Below the pieces are notes generated by a model. That model was not told where the DNA came from and did not search any database. It worked only from the letters and a program-made list of their open reading frames with translations. A DNA stretch of 59,078 nt, the filler included, from Catajapyx aquilonaris (taxonomy: Eukaryota): NCBI GenBank assembly GCA_000934665.2. It is 2 parts of 2 records of this genome, joined end to end, with 100 filler letters (N's around TTAATTAATTAA, not from the genome) between each part and the next. Parts side by side here need not be neighbours in the genome. Positions count along the whole stretch, not along the records: positions 29,555 to 59,078 come from JYFJ02004802.1; 1 more part is not named here. One strand, written 5' to 3'. Made by a program: the position numbers and the translations under genes. The stretch's first letter is position 1. The number at the start of each line of letters is the position of its first letter. Positions 38,365 to 50,428 of this stretch are shown in pieces.

Positions 38365-39020
38365 CATACATCACTGTCATGTAACATGTAACTAAATTTT
38401 ACAAATCATTTAAGGATGTGAAGCGAGGCACTGTCACACTCTCTGTTACCATCTGACTGGCACCCTTGCTGGAACTTCTGAAATCGCTCAGAATAGGCCA
38501 GCAAAATGCCCAAGCGTAGCATAGATTCAGTCTCGAGGGAATCCTTTGTCAGTTGGGGGTTGAGTGCTGGACAAGGAGGAGGCTGGCCATGTTTTCTCTC
38601 AAGGTTGCTGCGTATTTTTTCTACCTGCATGTAATATTGTCACAGGTGAATGGAGCTTGTTGCATACTAAGGTCCCAACTCGTCAGGTGCTAATAACTTT
38701 TCATGAAAACAAATAGTGTGCGAGGAAAAAATCACTACATTCAGTTTGTCACTGTCTGTTACTGTCACGTATGTTACGTACCATAGAGTAGAACATGTGC
38801 GACAGGCTTGGTAACAAATGCGAATGATGCTATATGGCAGAACAGCCTAACATCTGTTTGATTTCATCATCGCAGCCGTTGGGAATGCATATTCGTAAGC
38901 ACCCATGACCTATTATTGTCACCAACAATAAGCAACAAGTTATGGTTGTGATGGATGTTATGATGGTTAAGAATACGCCAAAGCCGTGGCCTGTGCATGT
39001 GCGCATTCACAGGCAACCTT

Positions 39021-39255
39021 GCAGCAGGACAGAGGCCACTTTCTTTTGCATCGACATCTGCCTGTCAAGACCATAGCCCACCAGCCATATGGGCACACAT
39101 GTCCCCTGTGATCCGCTACTTAAAAGAGATTGCACCAGAGGTGAACACACTACATTTTTTTTCCTGATGGACCTTCCACACAATACAGGCAGAAGAAAAA
39201 CTTCTTTCCCTTCAACAAGTTGCTTCTGGGAGAGGGATTTCAAAACGGAACAGCA
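39021..39255 (+). pseudogene. Sola2-like DDD transposase fragment (frameshifted)
   Basis: Hand translation SFASTSACQDHSPPAIWAHMSPVIRYLKEIAPEVNTLHFFS/DGPSTQYRQKKNF; SDGxxxQY(K/R) is the recalled Sola2 second-Asp motif; +1 shift at a T8 run. Confidence 0.65.
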
Positions 39256-41096
39256 CTATCTCCAGAATGATGTGATTGAGAGGGTTTGGCTGGAGACCGG
39301 AAACAGTCTTTTTTTTTATTTCTCGAGCCACAAATGAAGCTCATATCGAAACAAACTAAGGTGAGCCCAAAACTTTAAGACATTTCTTAACACTCCAAAA
39401 CTTAAATCATTCAGATATGGCCGCAAGTTTTCGAGTTGTAGGGTTTTTAAAATTGGGACTTTCTTTTTTGATATTTCTTTTTTTTTACTTTTTTCAAACT
39501 GTAATGCATATTGTGAGCCCCTTGAAAACGTTTACCATCAGTACTTAATCCTTTAATTACACAGTTGTAATACTGAAGTGACCACCGCCGCCTGGGAGGC
39601 TCATCTCGAAGGAATACACGGAACTCCAACCAACACACGTCTATTCTGCTCTCAAACGTATATACACACAGCTGGCAGGACCCACACTCGGGACACAGCC
39701 ACGACAGACGTCCGACCAGGACGACGTCTCACTCCGAACTCTCTATTCCAAACAAACCCCTGGACACCAAAATAACAAAAATAGTTCAGCGTCCAGGAAA
39801 CGATCAACGATCCTGTTTCCAGGACGCTACACTACCATAATTACGCATTAACACCATTCCAATCATGTTCTCAATACCTTTCACATGCTGTTGACATGAG
39901 AGGAAAAAAAATAACAATTATTAGGAATGTGGTCCACTGCTCATTAATTTTGTTAAACTGCAAAATAGGAGTAACAGTGAGAAAAACCCCTGCTTTTAAT
40001 TTTCAATTGACGGTTACGCACATTTTAAATAATACGGCACGTATAGATCTGGCATGTAACGATACTAGCCATGCTCTAATCATTTTTTTAAATTTACAAA
40101 CAATTTATTAAATTTTGTGGCGCATCACGTCGGGGCTCAAGAAACTCTATGTGATTTTTTTAAATTCAGGTCAAAGAATATTCTCAACCTGCAACAATAA
40201 TAAATTACAACAATTGGTCACCACGGTAATCAGTTGTTGACGGTGGACAGCGTTCTGCTCCAAATTTAAGTTCTGCTACTTGTTTATTTATTTTTCCAAG
40301 TTCTGTTCACGTAGCCTGCGAACGGTGGTGATATCCCACTGCCAATTGCTGACGGTCATTTGCCATGTATAAAATTTTGTAGTGATACACCGCAGGCTTT
40401 TTAATTGACGTTTTCATGGCCGTCACAATATGCTGAGAGTTTTCAGAACAATTAATTGCTCTTAATTTGTATAGTGTTCTGTATTCCAAAATGGCGGAAT
40501 TGAACCCAAAAAAAGAAAAAAAAATGTTGGCACTGACCACCCTGTCCTGCTCCTGCCTCAGGTGGTGTCCAGGGTAGTATCCCACTCCGGCCATGGTCTA
40601 GTATCCTCTTCTTCTTCTTTTAAGACTAAAGGTCTTTTTTCCAGGCCTCCTTTTTCTTTGGAGCTCAGAACAAAACCGGACTGGAACAAAACAGGCCCGT
40701 GGTCGAAAGAGGCCCAGGGTTGCCAGACGAACACCGTTGGCAAGGGACGATGACCAGATAGATAAACAACGCTCTAATTACACATTAAACAATCAGAATT
40801 GTTTTTTAATTAAAATGAACGGGTTTAATTAGTGTAGGATTAAAATCTTAAGTTGACGCGATTTGGGGGGGGGGGGGGNNNNNGGGGGGGGGGGGTGTCT
40901 GGTAACCTTTGCAACGGTTTTTTTTGGAACATGTTGCCAACACCAGATAATTTCAATTAAATCGTATACCATGAGGGGGAAATAGGAAAATTATCATGAA
41001 TATTTTTATGGGCTTGGATTCATTAGGAGGAAGCTGTGCAATATGTTACAAAATAATAATAATAACAAGATGAAATCAGGGAGCATTATACTACAT

Positions 41097-41410
41097 AAGA
41101 GGCGCAAACATTCGATTTCCGCGTCTCTCTGTTTATGGAGTTGCCAAGGCTGGCGGCCATTTTGAAGTGTGTGGAACGCCAACGAGGCCAACAGGCAAAA
41201 ATAGGGTCCGCCATGTTTGATTCGCGCGTGTTCTTGCCGTGTAGTTCCCATGGCCGCCAAAACCATCAAAGATGGCGGATCCTATTTTTGCATGTACCCT
41301 ATTTATACCTCGTTGGCGTTGCCCACACTTCAAGATGGCCGCCAGCCTAGACAACGCCATAAGCAGAGAGAGACGAACATCAAAGGCGCCGACAGAAGTT
41401 TGCGCCTCTT
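41097..41410. mobile_element. MITE family B, copy 1
   Basis: AAGAGGCGCAAAC / GTTTGCGCCTCTT; second copy 47495-47800. Confidence 0.8.
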
Positions 41411-42327
41411 CCGTAGTATATTCTCCCTGATGAAATGGTGTGACTTGAAACTCTAGAAACATGAGCCTTATTGTGTAAGGGTTCTGCTTCTGGTATAATG
41501 AATGACATTTTTAAGCCCAGCAGATGAGAAATATGTAATGTTATGCAAGTTATGAGGAGCCAGCCCCCTAGAATCTAGACCAGGGATGGGCAAACTACGG
41601 CCTGCGAGAAGACAATTTGTGCAGCCACGGCATGAAAATGTTGAAAAATTAAAGTTGCAATATGCTGTTACTATAATATTATGTCAGAGTACTTGTAAGT
41701 TGAACAGGAGGGAAAATGTAGGTGGAAATATGGCTACGGTGATCTAAGATGATCGTTTTGTTGAAGTGCCTCATTGAATTTATTCAAAATTATACATATT
41801 TTACAATCACAAATGAATTTGATTATGTATTTTAAATGGTACCACCCAAAAACATTTAACTGAGCCTCCTCCGCTTGGGTGTTGTCTGTGTCCGTTTCGC
41901 CTCATGCCCAATGGGACACCTCTACCTGGGTGGGGTCAGGACTGCCCTGCTCAACTTCCTATTGTCTAGGTCAAAAGTGGTGGATGGGTAGCACCAGAAG
42001 GGAGGAAGAGGGAGGTTTGTGTTGAGGCTGGAGGATACGGGCCAAGGGATGATGGTGCGCCAGGTCTCTTTACGGAGATCTGACCTGGTCGGGGATCCAG
42101 CCGGACGAGAGGCCGGAGCGGGGGGGACAGTACGGGCCGTACGTGCAGTCGGAGAGGCTGCACTTGTACAGGGAACACTTACGGAGTTGATTAGACATGT
42201 GAAGGTGGTTCCGAAGTGCATAAAATTTCATACCTGAAAAGTTGGCATTGCACAGAAACTTGCACGAAATTTAATGCAAATGCTCTGTCTGCAAGGAACA
42301 AGTCAGTTTAAGTGCAATAGTGTGTAA

Positions 42328-42514
42328 AGGTGTGTTTACATGTGGGTGATTTGACGAGCAAAGTCGTTGCAGAGACTGAGTAACCCAAGTAACCAATATT
42401 GAGGCGAAAATCGATTGTTACTTTCACCTCAAACACGGGTTACACAGGTTACTCAGCGATGATATCACTCGGCAAAGACTTCCCTCATCAAATTGCTCAC
42501 AGGTAAACGCACCT
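42328..42514. mobile_element. PIF/Harbinger-like MITE
   Basis: TAA|AGGTG.GTTTAC ... GTAAAC.CACCT|TAA. Confidence 0.7.
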
Positions 42515-44941
42515 TAAGTCATTGATTCATACAATTTGGAGGCAACCAGGATTAAGTAAGAATGAACTTCAGAAGTGACTTAGTGGCATTAAAACATATG
42601 TTCCAGCATCACAGTTAGGTGTGTGTTGTGAAAATAGCTACGTATTTTGTCACGAATGGTTTTAGAAGAAAATGTTAAACCAAGTTTTTGTGTAGTAATT
42701 TTTCTCAGGAGGTGGTTTCCCTACACTAACTGTACGTAAGTGATAATGGGAATGTGATTTTATTTTCACAAGTGATATTAATTTTTAACACTGTTCGAAG
42801 AGACACCTGGCAGTTTCATGCCCAGTTTCCATTCCTAGTTGTGACAATGGTTAATTAAGAAAAGGATGAGAGAAAAATACCCAGGTCGGTGCGCAGGGAT
42901 CTGTACTCATTTAAGCGGAAGTATGTTTTTAAATTTTTTTAAACCGGGATGTCTATATGATTGTAACGACAATAAGTGGCATAATTTGTATGTACAAGTG
43001 GCAATTATGTATGTATACTTATGCATTTATTGCAATTTATTTATTTTGGTTCACTTACTGCTGCTCCAACAGGTGGAACGTCGAGTCGTGCCAATGCATG
43101 TAGATGCGTGACGATGCACACTACCAAACAGAACAGCAAGGTCTGTGTTTATTTTCATAGTCAACGATGATACTTTTTGAAGCGAACAATATTTGGTACG
43201 ATATTTCTTATGCATTCAGAGGCGCTGGTTTTGCATATCAAGTCAGAAGTTTTCTATTGGCAACAATCTTCTTGAAACAAACCTCTCTTCTAGAAAGTAA
43301 CATGTATGGCTCAATATGGCCCTATTCGTATTTTAAAATAGTGCCTCAGAACTATCGAGCCTTTTTAGGCAGAATGCAATGCAGCAGGTTGAGAGTCTGC
43401 AAAGAGAATACGTACTAAAAGTAGAGTAATGGAAGACATCGTGTACATACACACTGAATGAGAATTGGGCGAATTGATCAAATCAGTTGTAGATGTGTAC
43501 GGCGAAGGTTCTACAGTCATGTCCTCAGATTCAAAGGGGCGTATGGATATTCAAAAATGCTCACTCTTATGTGAATCGGAGAGTAGATAATATTTTGGCA
43601 GCTACAATCAAGTGTTTTTTATTACTTTGATCTTGAAATGTTTGCATGTCTTGGTCAGTGTGTAGGTCACACACTTTGACAGCTTCGTGTCAAAATCAGA
43701 TATTTACTACATGATAATACCACGAAATTTTGTTTCCAAATTCTTGTTACCCAGGCTTCATAGATTTCATTTCAATGCTCCCTCCTGTGATTTTGTTTAG
43801 ATTTATATTAATATACCTATCGCTGAGATAAGGTCAAGCTTATTGCTTGGAATGTAAATGACCTGGATGAGCCTCACTTGACATCATGAACCATGGAGTT
43901 CTCTATTAATTGGACCTTTAATCGAGAGCTATTACACATCAAATAGACATTTTGGTAGACTCCACTTACGACAATGCAAAAAGATTAATCCTGGAGCACA
44001 ATGAAATCATAGGGAATTAATAACAGGGTGAGAATGAAGTACAAAGGATTTTCATGTTAAATTCATTGTTTTAAATAATTTGAGAAGTTACATGATAAAG
44101 GGCAGAATGTCAAAGCCAGTACATAATACTGTGAAGACATTAATTTAGTAACGACTGCTTTCAATGTACAAGTTAATTGTGTACAGAATACATTATTGAC
44201 ATTGGTTTACTGAACGTTTCATGACTTTTAGGTTTTGTCCATCTGACAAAGGCCTACTGCAAGTAAATGATTTTGATTGGCATGTAAAACTTCAAAATTA
44301 TTTGGATTGCACAGGGAATCCAACGATGACTGCAATTCCACCAAATACACTATTATATGTCCATGAACTTTGCAATAACATGATTCTTTCCTGTGTGAAT
44401 GAAGATCAACAACCTCTGTCATATGGCCAGTCTGTTCAATTTCCATCTGGAAACCTTTGTATGAAGGAATTCGTTTGACCATCATACTCCTGCTGTTTGT
44501 CCGAGCTGAGAGTACCGCTGATCCTCGCATGGCGTATAAGTGGCAGGAGTGTGCAGAAGGAGGCGTATGAGAGGGGTATGGTGCTATGTGAGCACTCAGG
44601 GTGCGGGTGGGGGAATTTTTCCAAGTGTTGGCAAGGGGTGGACAAGATACTAGTTTTGTGAGATTGTAGTGAACAGCATATACCCATATACTGTACTTAA
44701 CACTGACAGTAGAGGAGCAAAAGCAAATCTTATAACCAGGAAAGAGATGTTCAAATGAGCACTGCAATGATAGGCGTCTCCTCGCCGATGTGAATACAAA
44801 TCCCCATGTTGTTTAATAGTATCATAGAGACAGACCGTTTGAAGTCTGGCAAACATTGCATGCGCAGTACATGATTTTCAAAAACCATGTGCTTCTTTAA
44901 ACTAATAGCCATCTAAATCTCTGCTGACAAATGTTACAAGA

Positions 44942-45550
44942 TTATGGCTTGGATCTCATATGCATCTTGAAATGTGTCTTAAAATTGCCCGCCTGTGTAA
45001 ACCTCTTCTGGCAAACCTCACATGAAAATGGTTTCTCTCCTGTATGAATGAACATAATTATGTCTGTTAACATCGGCTTTACGTGCAAACCTCTTTTCGC
45101 ATACTTCACAAGAAAACGGTCTTTCTCCCGTATGAATTATCATATGTTTCTTCAAATAACTATGCTGTGAAAAGGGCCTTTCGCATACCTGACAAGAATA
45201 TGGCTTAGGGCCTATATCCAGAGTGAACAGTAAAATGGGCTTTCAAATGGCTTGGGCACATGAACAACTTCTGGCAAACATGGCATACGTGTTTCTTCTC
45301 ACCTGTGTGTGTCACCTTAATGTGCTTTTTCAAATAGCTGAGCAGGGTAAAGGTCTTCCTGCAAAGATAGCAAGCAAATGGAGGCACATCAGCAGTCTCA
45401 GTCATGTTTACCAATGGCGCCTTCTTTCAAACCATCATGTTCTGGACTAAGGATTTCCTGTCCCAGCATTTGACAACCACCTTTGGCACTTTCCTCTGCC
45501 CTGTGATTCCACTCCCCGATCCCTGATTCCTCGGGTTCATCTTGGGCTGC
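44942..45550 (-). pseudogene. C2H2 zinc-finger pseudogene exon (5 fingers)
   Basis: CYLC..HIKVTH, CHVC..HFTVH, CQVC..HMIIH, CEVC.., CEVC..HFKMH with TGE(K/R) linkers; TGA at 45427-45429 and frameshifts near 45205 and 45055; TTTCAG acceptor at 45551. Confidence 0.85.
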
Positions 45551-45639
45551 CTGAAAGGTGTATTGGATAGCTGAGTATTCAACTAATTGGACAAACTTGA
45601 CTGTGCTAGCTGCATCATACAAGATGGCTATACATGCAA

Positions 45640-46878
45640 GTGTACAACGGTGCAAGTGCAAGGAGGGATTGTGGTTGACTTCCCATACTCTTGCTTCTAT
45701 TAACATAACTGTCATAAGTACTGCAAATTTTAATAAGTAACAGAGCTACAACAATGAGTGCGGTCGTGGTGAAATGGACAAACAGCACCTGCAACAATCA
45801 ACCAACAAACCAACCAACCAGCCAACCATCAACTCAACCAACAATCAACCAACAACAATGAGTCCGGTCGTGGTGAAATTGACAAAAAACAACTGCAAGC
45901 ACCTGCAACAATCACCCTACCCACCAACCAACCAACTCACCAACAATCAACCATCAACTCAACCAACAATCAACCAACAACAATGAGTCCGGTCGTGATT
46001 GACAAAACGCAGCTGCAAGCACCTGCAACAATCAATCAACCAACCAACCAACCCACCCACCAACCAATGAACTCAGCCAAACAACAATGAGTGCGGTGGT
46101 GGTGAAATTGACAAAAAACACCTGCAAGCACCTGCAACAATCAACCAACCCACCCACCAACCAACCAACTCACCAACGAATCAACCAACAACAATGACAA
46201 ACCACCAGCAACAAACAAACCAACAACCAACAACAAAAAACCAACAACAAAAAGCACAGCTCTCTCCGACAACCACCATGCGAGAAATGAAGCACTGCCT
46301 AACAGTGAGGATGATGCAACAGACACTGAGGATGATGCAACAGACAGCGAGGATTGCGAGTGGGGGGGAAGTGGCGTAGGTGAGAGGTGGGGGGGGAGGT
46401 GGGGAGAGGGGGGCTAAGTGTGGGGCTGGGTGGTTGTGGGGAGGGAGGGAGGGAACAATAACTGCTCGGCTGATGATTGGCCGAGAGCTGCGTAGATGGG
46501 AGGTGGGGAGTGGGGCAGGAGGAAGGAGAGGGTGTTAGGGGGGAGCTGTGAGGCTCCCATAGGGCCCCCCGTGGGAGGGAGTGGGTGGTGCTGCTGCAGG
46601 CGATAGTGGTGCTCGTCTGTTGGCCGCCCGGGGAACCGGGGGAGTTGGCGGATATACATTAATTTCGCGATGTCGGGTTTGCGTCTACATTTAATTTGGC
46701 GATCTCGAAAACGGCTGGGATATTCGCGGTTTTGAGGATTTTTGAAAATAGGAAAGCGGGTGCAAGAAATACAACGGTGTAAGTCCGAGGTCTGTACGAC
46801 CTCGGGAAGTGGTCGATCTTTTCCATCCTATATCCTCCTCCTCCTATATCCTCGGATTGGGGCTTTATATATATTAGA
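45640..46878 (-). mobile_element. Helitron-like copy H5 with internal expanded minisatellite (45752-46200); 3' end not found
   Basis: Starts TCTAATATATATAAAG directly after the H4 end; shares CACCTGCAACA..CAACCAAC..ACAATGAG unit with H2. Confidence 0.65.
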
Positions 46879-47488
46879 CTCGCTTTGCGAGGCGGGGGGG
46901 CTCCGCCCCCCCCCACACCCCCCCTTGGGGCTGCGCCCCAATTGGCGCGCCTTCGGCGCTACGCGTTCCCGCCCGGGCGTACCCAGCACCGCTAGAGAGC
47001 TAGAAATAATAACCTGGAGTTCGTCGTCAACGGAGTGACCTATTTTCCGCCTAATCCATCCGGTTACAGAAATCCATCCGTTTACAGAACCCGTGACGTC
47101 ACGGTCCACAAAGGTATGACGGTATGAGAATGCGCCCCTAGATGACGGATGGTGAAAAACGGAAAAGTGGGGTGGGGGCCAGGAGGAGTGGGTGTAACCA
47201 TATGTGAGCTGAGAGGTCTCCGGAGATGAGGGTGAATGGGCCATTGTTCTTTCCCGGCTTAACGACAAACAGATGTTCCAGGTGGAGTGGGCAAAAGTCG
47301 ACTTTTGGCCATCTCGAAAACGGCTGGGAATTTTGGCATTTTGAGGATTTTTGGACAATGTATGTCGACCGCAAGGAATCCAACGGAATTTCGACCACAG
47401 CTCTACGACCTCGGGAAGTGGGAGATCTTTTCCATCCTATATCCTATATCCTCCTATATCCTCGGCGGGGGGCTTTATATATATTAGA
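46879..47488 (-). mobile_element. Complete Helitron-like copy H4 (610 bp)
   Basis: A|TCTAATATATATAAAG ... hairpins-CTCGCAAAGCGAG|T, no TIR, no TSD. Confidence 0.8.
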
Positions 47489-47494
47489 TTAGAT

Positions 47495-47800
47495 AAGAAG
47501 CGTAAACATTCGATTTTCGCATCTCTCTGTTTGGGGCGTTGCCGAGGCTGGCGGCCATTTTGAAGTGTGGGCAACGCCAACGAGGTATATAAATAGGCTA
47601 CAGGCAAAAATAGGGTCCGCCATCTTTGATTCGCGTGTGTTCTTGCCGTATATAGTTGCCATGGCCGCTAAAACCATCAAAGATGGCGGACCCTATTTTT
47701 GCCTGTACCCTTTTCACGCCTTGTTGGCCGCCAGCCTTGGCAACGGCCCCAAACAGAGAGACGCGGACATCAAAGGCGCCGACAGAAGTTTGCGCCTCTT
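47495..47800. mobile_element. MITE family B, copy 2
   Basis: Matches 41097-41410. Confidence 0.8.
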
Positions 47801-47817
47801 CTATCTATCTTCTATCT

Positions 47818-48912
47818 TCTAATATACAGGGTGTTTATTGTAACTCTGCAAAGACTTTCAGGAGTAATAGAGGGGACCAAGACAAGTATTTTTGACATAG
47901 GAACCCGTGTCCGGAAACGCCATCTAGAGGGGGTTCATAGACGAGGAACGGGTGCGCTCAGACGCGTCACGCGGGAGGTGCTAGGTGAGCGGACTGTTTT
48001 GTTGATAGATAGATTGCAGTTGTTGCCAGGTTATTGCGTATCGCGTCGTTGTTTGCTTACAACAACGCGATACGCCATAACCTGGCAACAACAAATCCGC
48101 TGTTGGCTATCCACGCATCTCCTAGGAGGCGTACTTTAGTTGCTAGATGGCTCTGCTGTTGCCAGGTTATGGCACATCGCATCGATGTTTACTATCCGAG
48201 CCCCATCTATCAACAAAACAGCCCGCTCGCCTAGCGCCTCCCGCATGAAGCGTCTGAGCGCACCCGTTCCTTGTCTATGAACCCCCTCTAGATGGCGTTT
48301 CCGGACACGGGTTCCTATGTCAAAAATACTTGTCTTGGTCCCCTCTATTACCCCTGAAAGTCTTTGCAGAGTTACAATAAACACCCTGTATATAAAGCCC
48401 CACGCCGAGGAGGATATAGGATATAGGATGGAAAAGATTTCGCACCTCCCGAGGTCGTACAGCTGTGGTCGAAATTCCGTTGGATTCCTTGCGGTCGATA
48501 TACATTGTCTAAAAATCCTCAAAATGCCAAAATTCCCAGCCCTTTTTCGAGATGGCAAAAAGTCGACTTTTGCCCACTCCACAAGGAACATCTGTTTGTC
48601 GTTAAGCCGGGAAAGAACAATGACCCATTCACCCTCATCTCCGGAGACCTCTCAGCTCACATATGGTTACACCCCCTCCCCCTGGCCCCCACCCCACTTT
48701 TCCTTTTTTCAGCATATACGTCAGCTAGGGCGCTTTCTCATACCGTCATACCTTTGTGGACCGTGACGTCACGGGTTCTGTAAACGGATGGATTTCTGTA
48801 ACCGGATGGATTAGGCGGAACATGGGCATAGCGCCGAAGGCGCGCCAATTGGGGCGCAGCCCCAAGGGGGGGTGTGGGGGGGGGGCGGAGCCCCCCCACT
48901 TCGCAAAGCGAG
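47818..48912 (+). mobile_element. Helitron-like copy H6, split by a mariner MITE
   Basis: Removing 47827-48388 plus one TA restores TCTAATATATATAAAGCCCC; ends TTCGCAAAGCGAG|T. Confidence 0.8.
47827..48388. mobile_element. mariner-like fold-back MITE
   Basis: TA|CAGGGTGTTTATTGTAACTCTGC ... GCAGAGTTACAATAAACACCCTG|TA. Confidence 0.88.
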
Positions 48913-49323
48913 TATGTAGTATAATGCTCCTTGCCCACAGTATGAGATGACGGACCAAAAGACCATTGATGTTTTATCAGCGAAGTGTTCCAAAAATTCG
49001 CCATGTAGGTTAATTTAAGAAGTAGTAGAGGTAACTGAAATGTCACAGTCATGATCTGATTCCACATCATTCTCTCTCATACAGTTACCTTCATAATCTC
49101 TATTTACATAAAGGGCAAAGTTTGTTTATATGTTTGTTTGTCTAGGTGACTGTTGATTACATTATTAGCCTATAAGCAAGGCGCCTGAAGAGCAGGTTCC
49201 ACTGCTAGTTAACTAATAGAGATCATCTACAAGCTTACCACACAGTCGTCATCTTCTTCCATGTAGTTTATTGTGGTAATGGTGTTTATGGAATGATGTA
49301 GTTTATTAGTTACATATTATGTA

Positions 49324-50287
49324 AGGTAAAGTGGGGGAAGTGCACAATCGGGGGAAGTGCATCTCTGGTTGCTAGCTGGGGATGTGTGAAAGGTATTGCT
49401 GCGCCATTTGTCGTCCTACTAGTGAATACTATGGTCTTGTAATCTGGCACAAGAGGGCACGTTTACCTGCCCTTTTTGTCCAGAAGCACATGCTGTTTCG
49501 CGAGTTCTGCACTGCCTACTCCTGATGTGAGATACCTGCCAGCAACATTTGAGCAATTTTTTCCGGTAAGTTTCCATCACCCAGTGTCCCTACTACACAG
49601 TTGTGGTGGCATTCAACAGTACTATATGTATGTACAGTATGAGTGATGGAAGTGGGTAATCATTGAATGTGGCGCTATGCACTTCCCCCCGGAAAATGTA
49701 CGGCTGGGGCAAGTGCACCTCTGCTGCTTGGGGTAAGAGCACTCATGATGTACCACATAATAATTGAGTTCATTTTCTGTGTGAATGTTACATTTTACAC
49801 TTACACTACATTTACTTTACATGTTACACTTACTGGCACTAGCTTACTCTGAGCCTTCTGTGTTCCAAAGCAGCAAATGTCAAAATGGGGAGGACTTACT
49901 TACTTACGCAGTTATACGCAATGAAGTTCGTATCTCCTGAACAAATTGAGATATCATCATTCTGCAAATGGCATGTTTTAGCTCTGATTTTGATTATGAC
50001 GCACTGCCCCCATCGCAGCAGAAATATAATTGCATGCAGGAATTGGATGGGGGGGATGCACTTACCCCGGGTGCCGGGGGAAGTGCACACCTCATGCATT
50101 GTTCCGCATGATTGTTGCTGCCTTGGAAGCACTTCGTTATGAACCATTCTCCTTCTAACAGTGTCTTAGTAATGGACAGGAGTAACTGCAGGCAAAATTT
50201 CATTCAGATACAAGGAACAGGTGGGATGCGATAGATGATTTAAAGTGATCTATTACAAAACAGGGGTGCACTTCCCCCCCTTTACCT
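49324..50287. mobile_element. TA-flanked pogo-like element inserted in a 28-bp minisatellite
   Basis: TA|AGGTAAAG.GGGGGAAGTGCAC / GTGCACTTCCCCCCTTTACCT|TA; internal GGGGAAGTGCA repeats. Confidence 0.8.
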
Positions 50288-50288
50288 T

Positions 50289-50428
50289 AATGAAGTTTAT
50301 TAGTTACATATTATATAATGAAGTTTATTAGTTACATATTATGTAATGAAGTTTATTAGTTACATATTATGTGATGAAGTTTATGAGTTACACATTATGT
50401 ATAGGTTATTAGTTACATATTATGTAAT
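50289..50428 (+). repeat. 28-bp minisatellite (about 5 copies, plus one at 49296-49323)
   Basis: ATGAAGTTTATTAGTTACATATTATGTA units. Confidence 0.9.

Noticed and set aside
43160..44030. Possible degraded coding exon (LILEHNEI, LRR-like)
   Set aside because: Many stops in all frames and only one weak motif
45752..46200. Repeat-spacer pattern resembling a CRISPR array
   Set aside because: Spacers are homologous CAAC low-complexity tracts, context is eukaryotic, no cas genes
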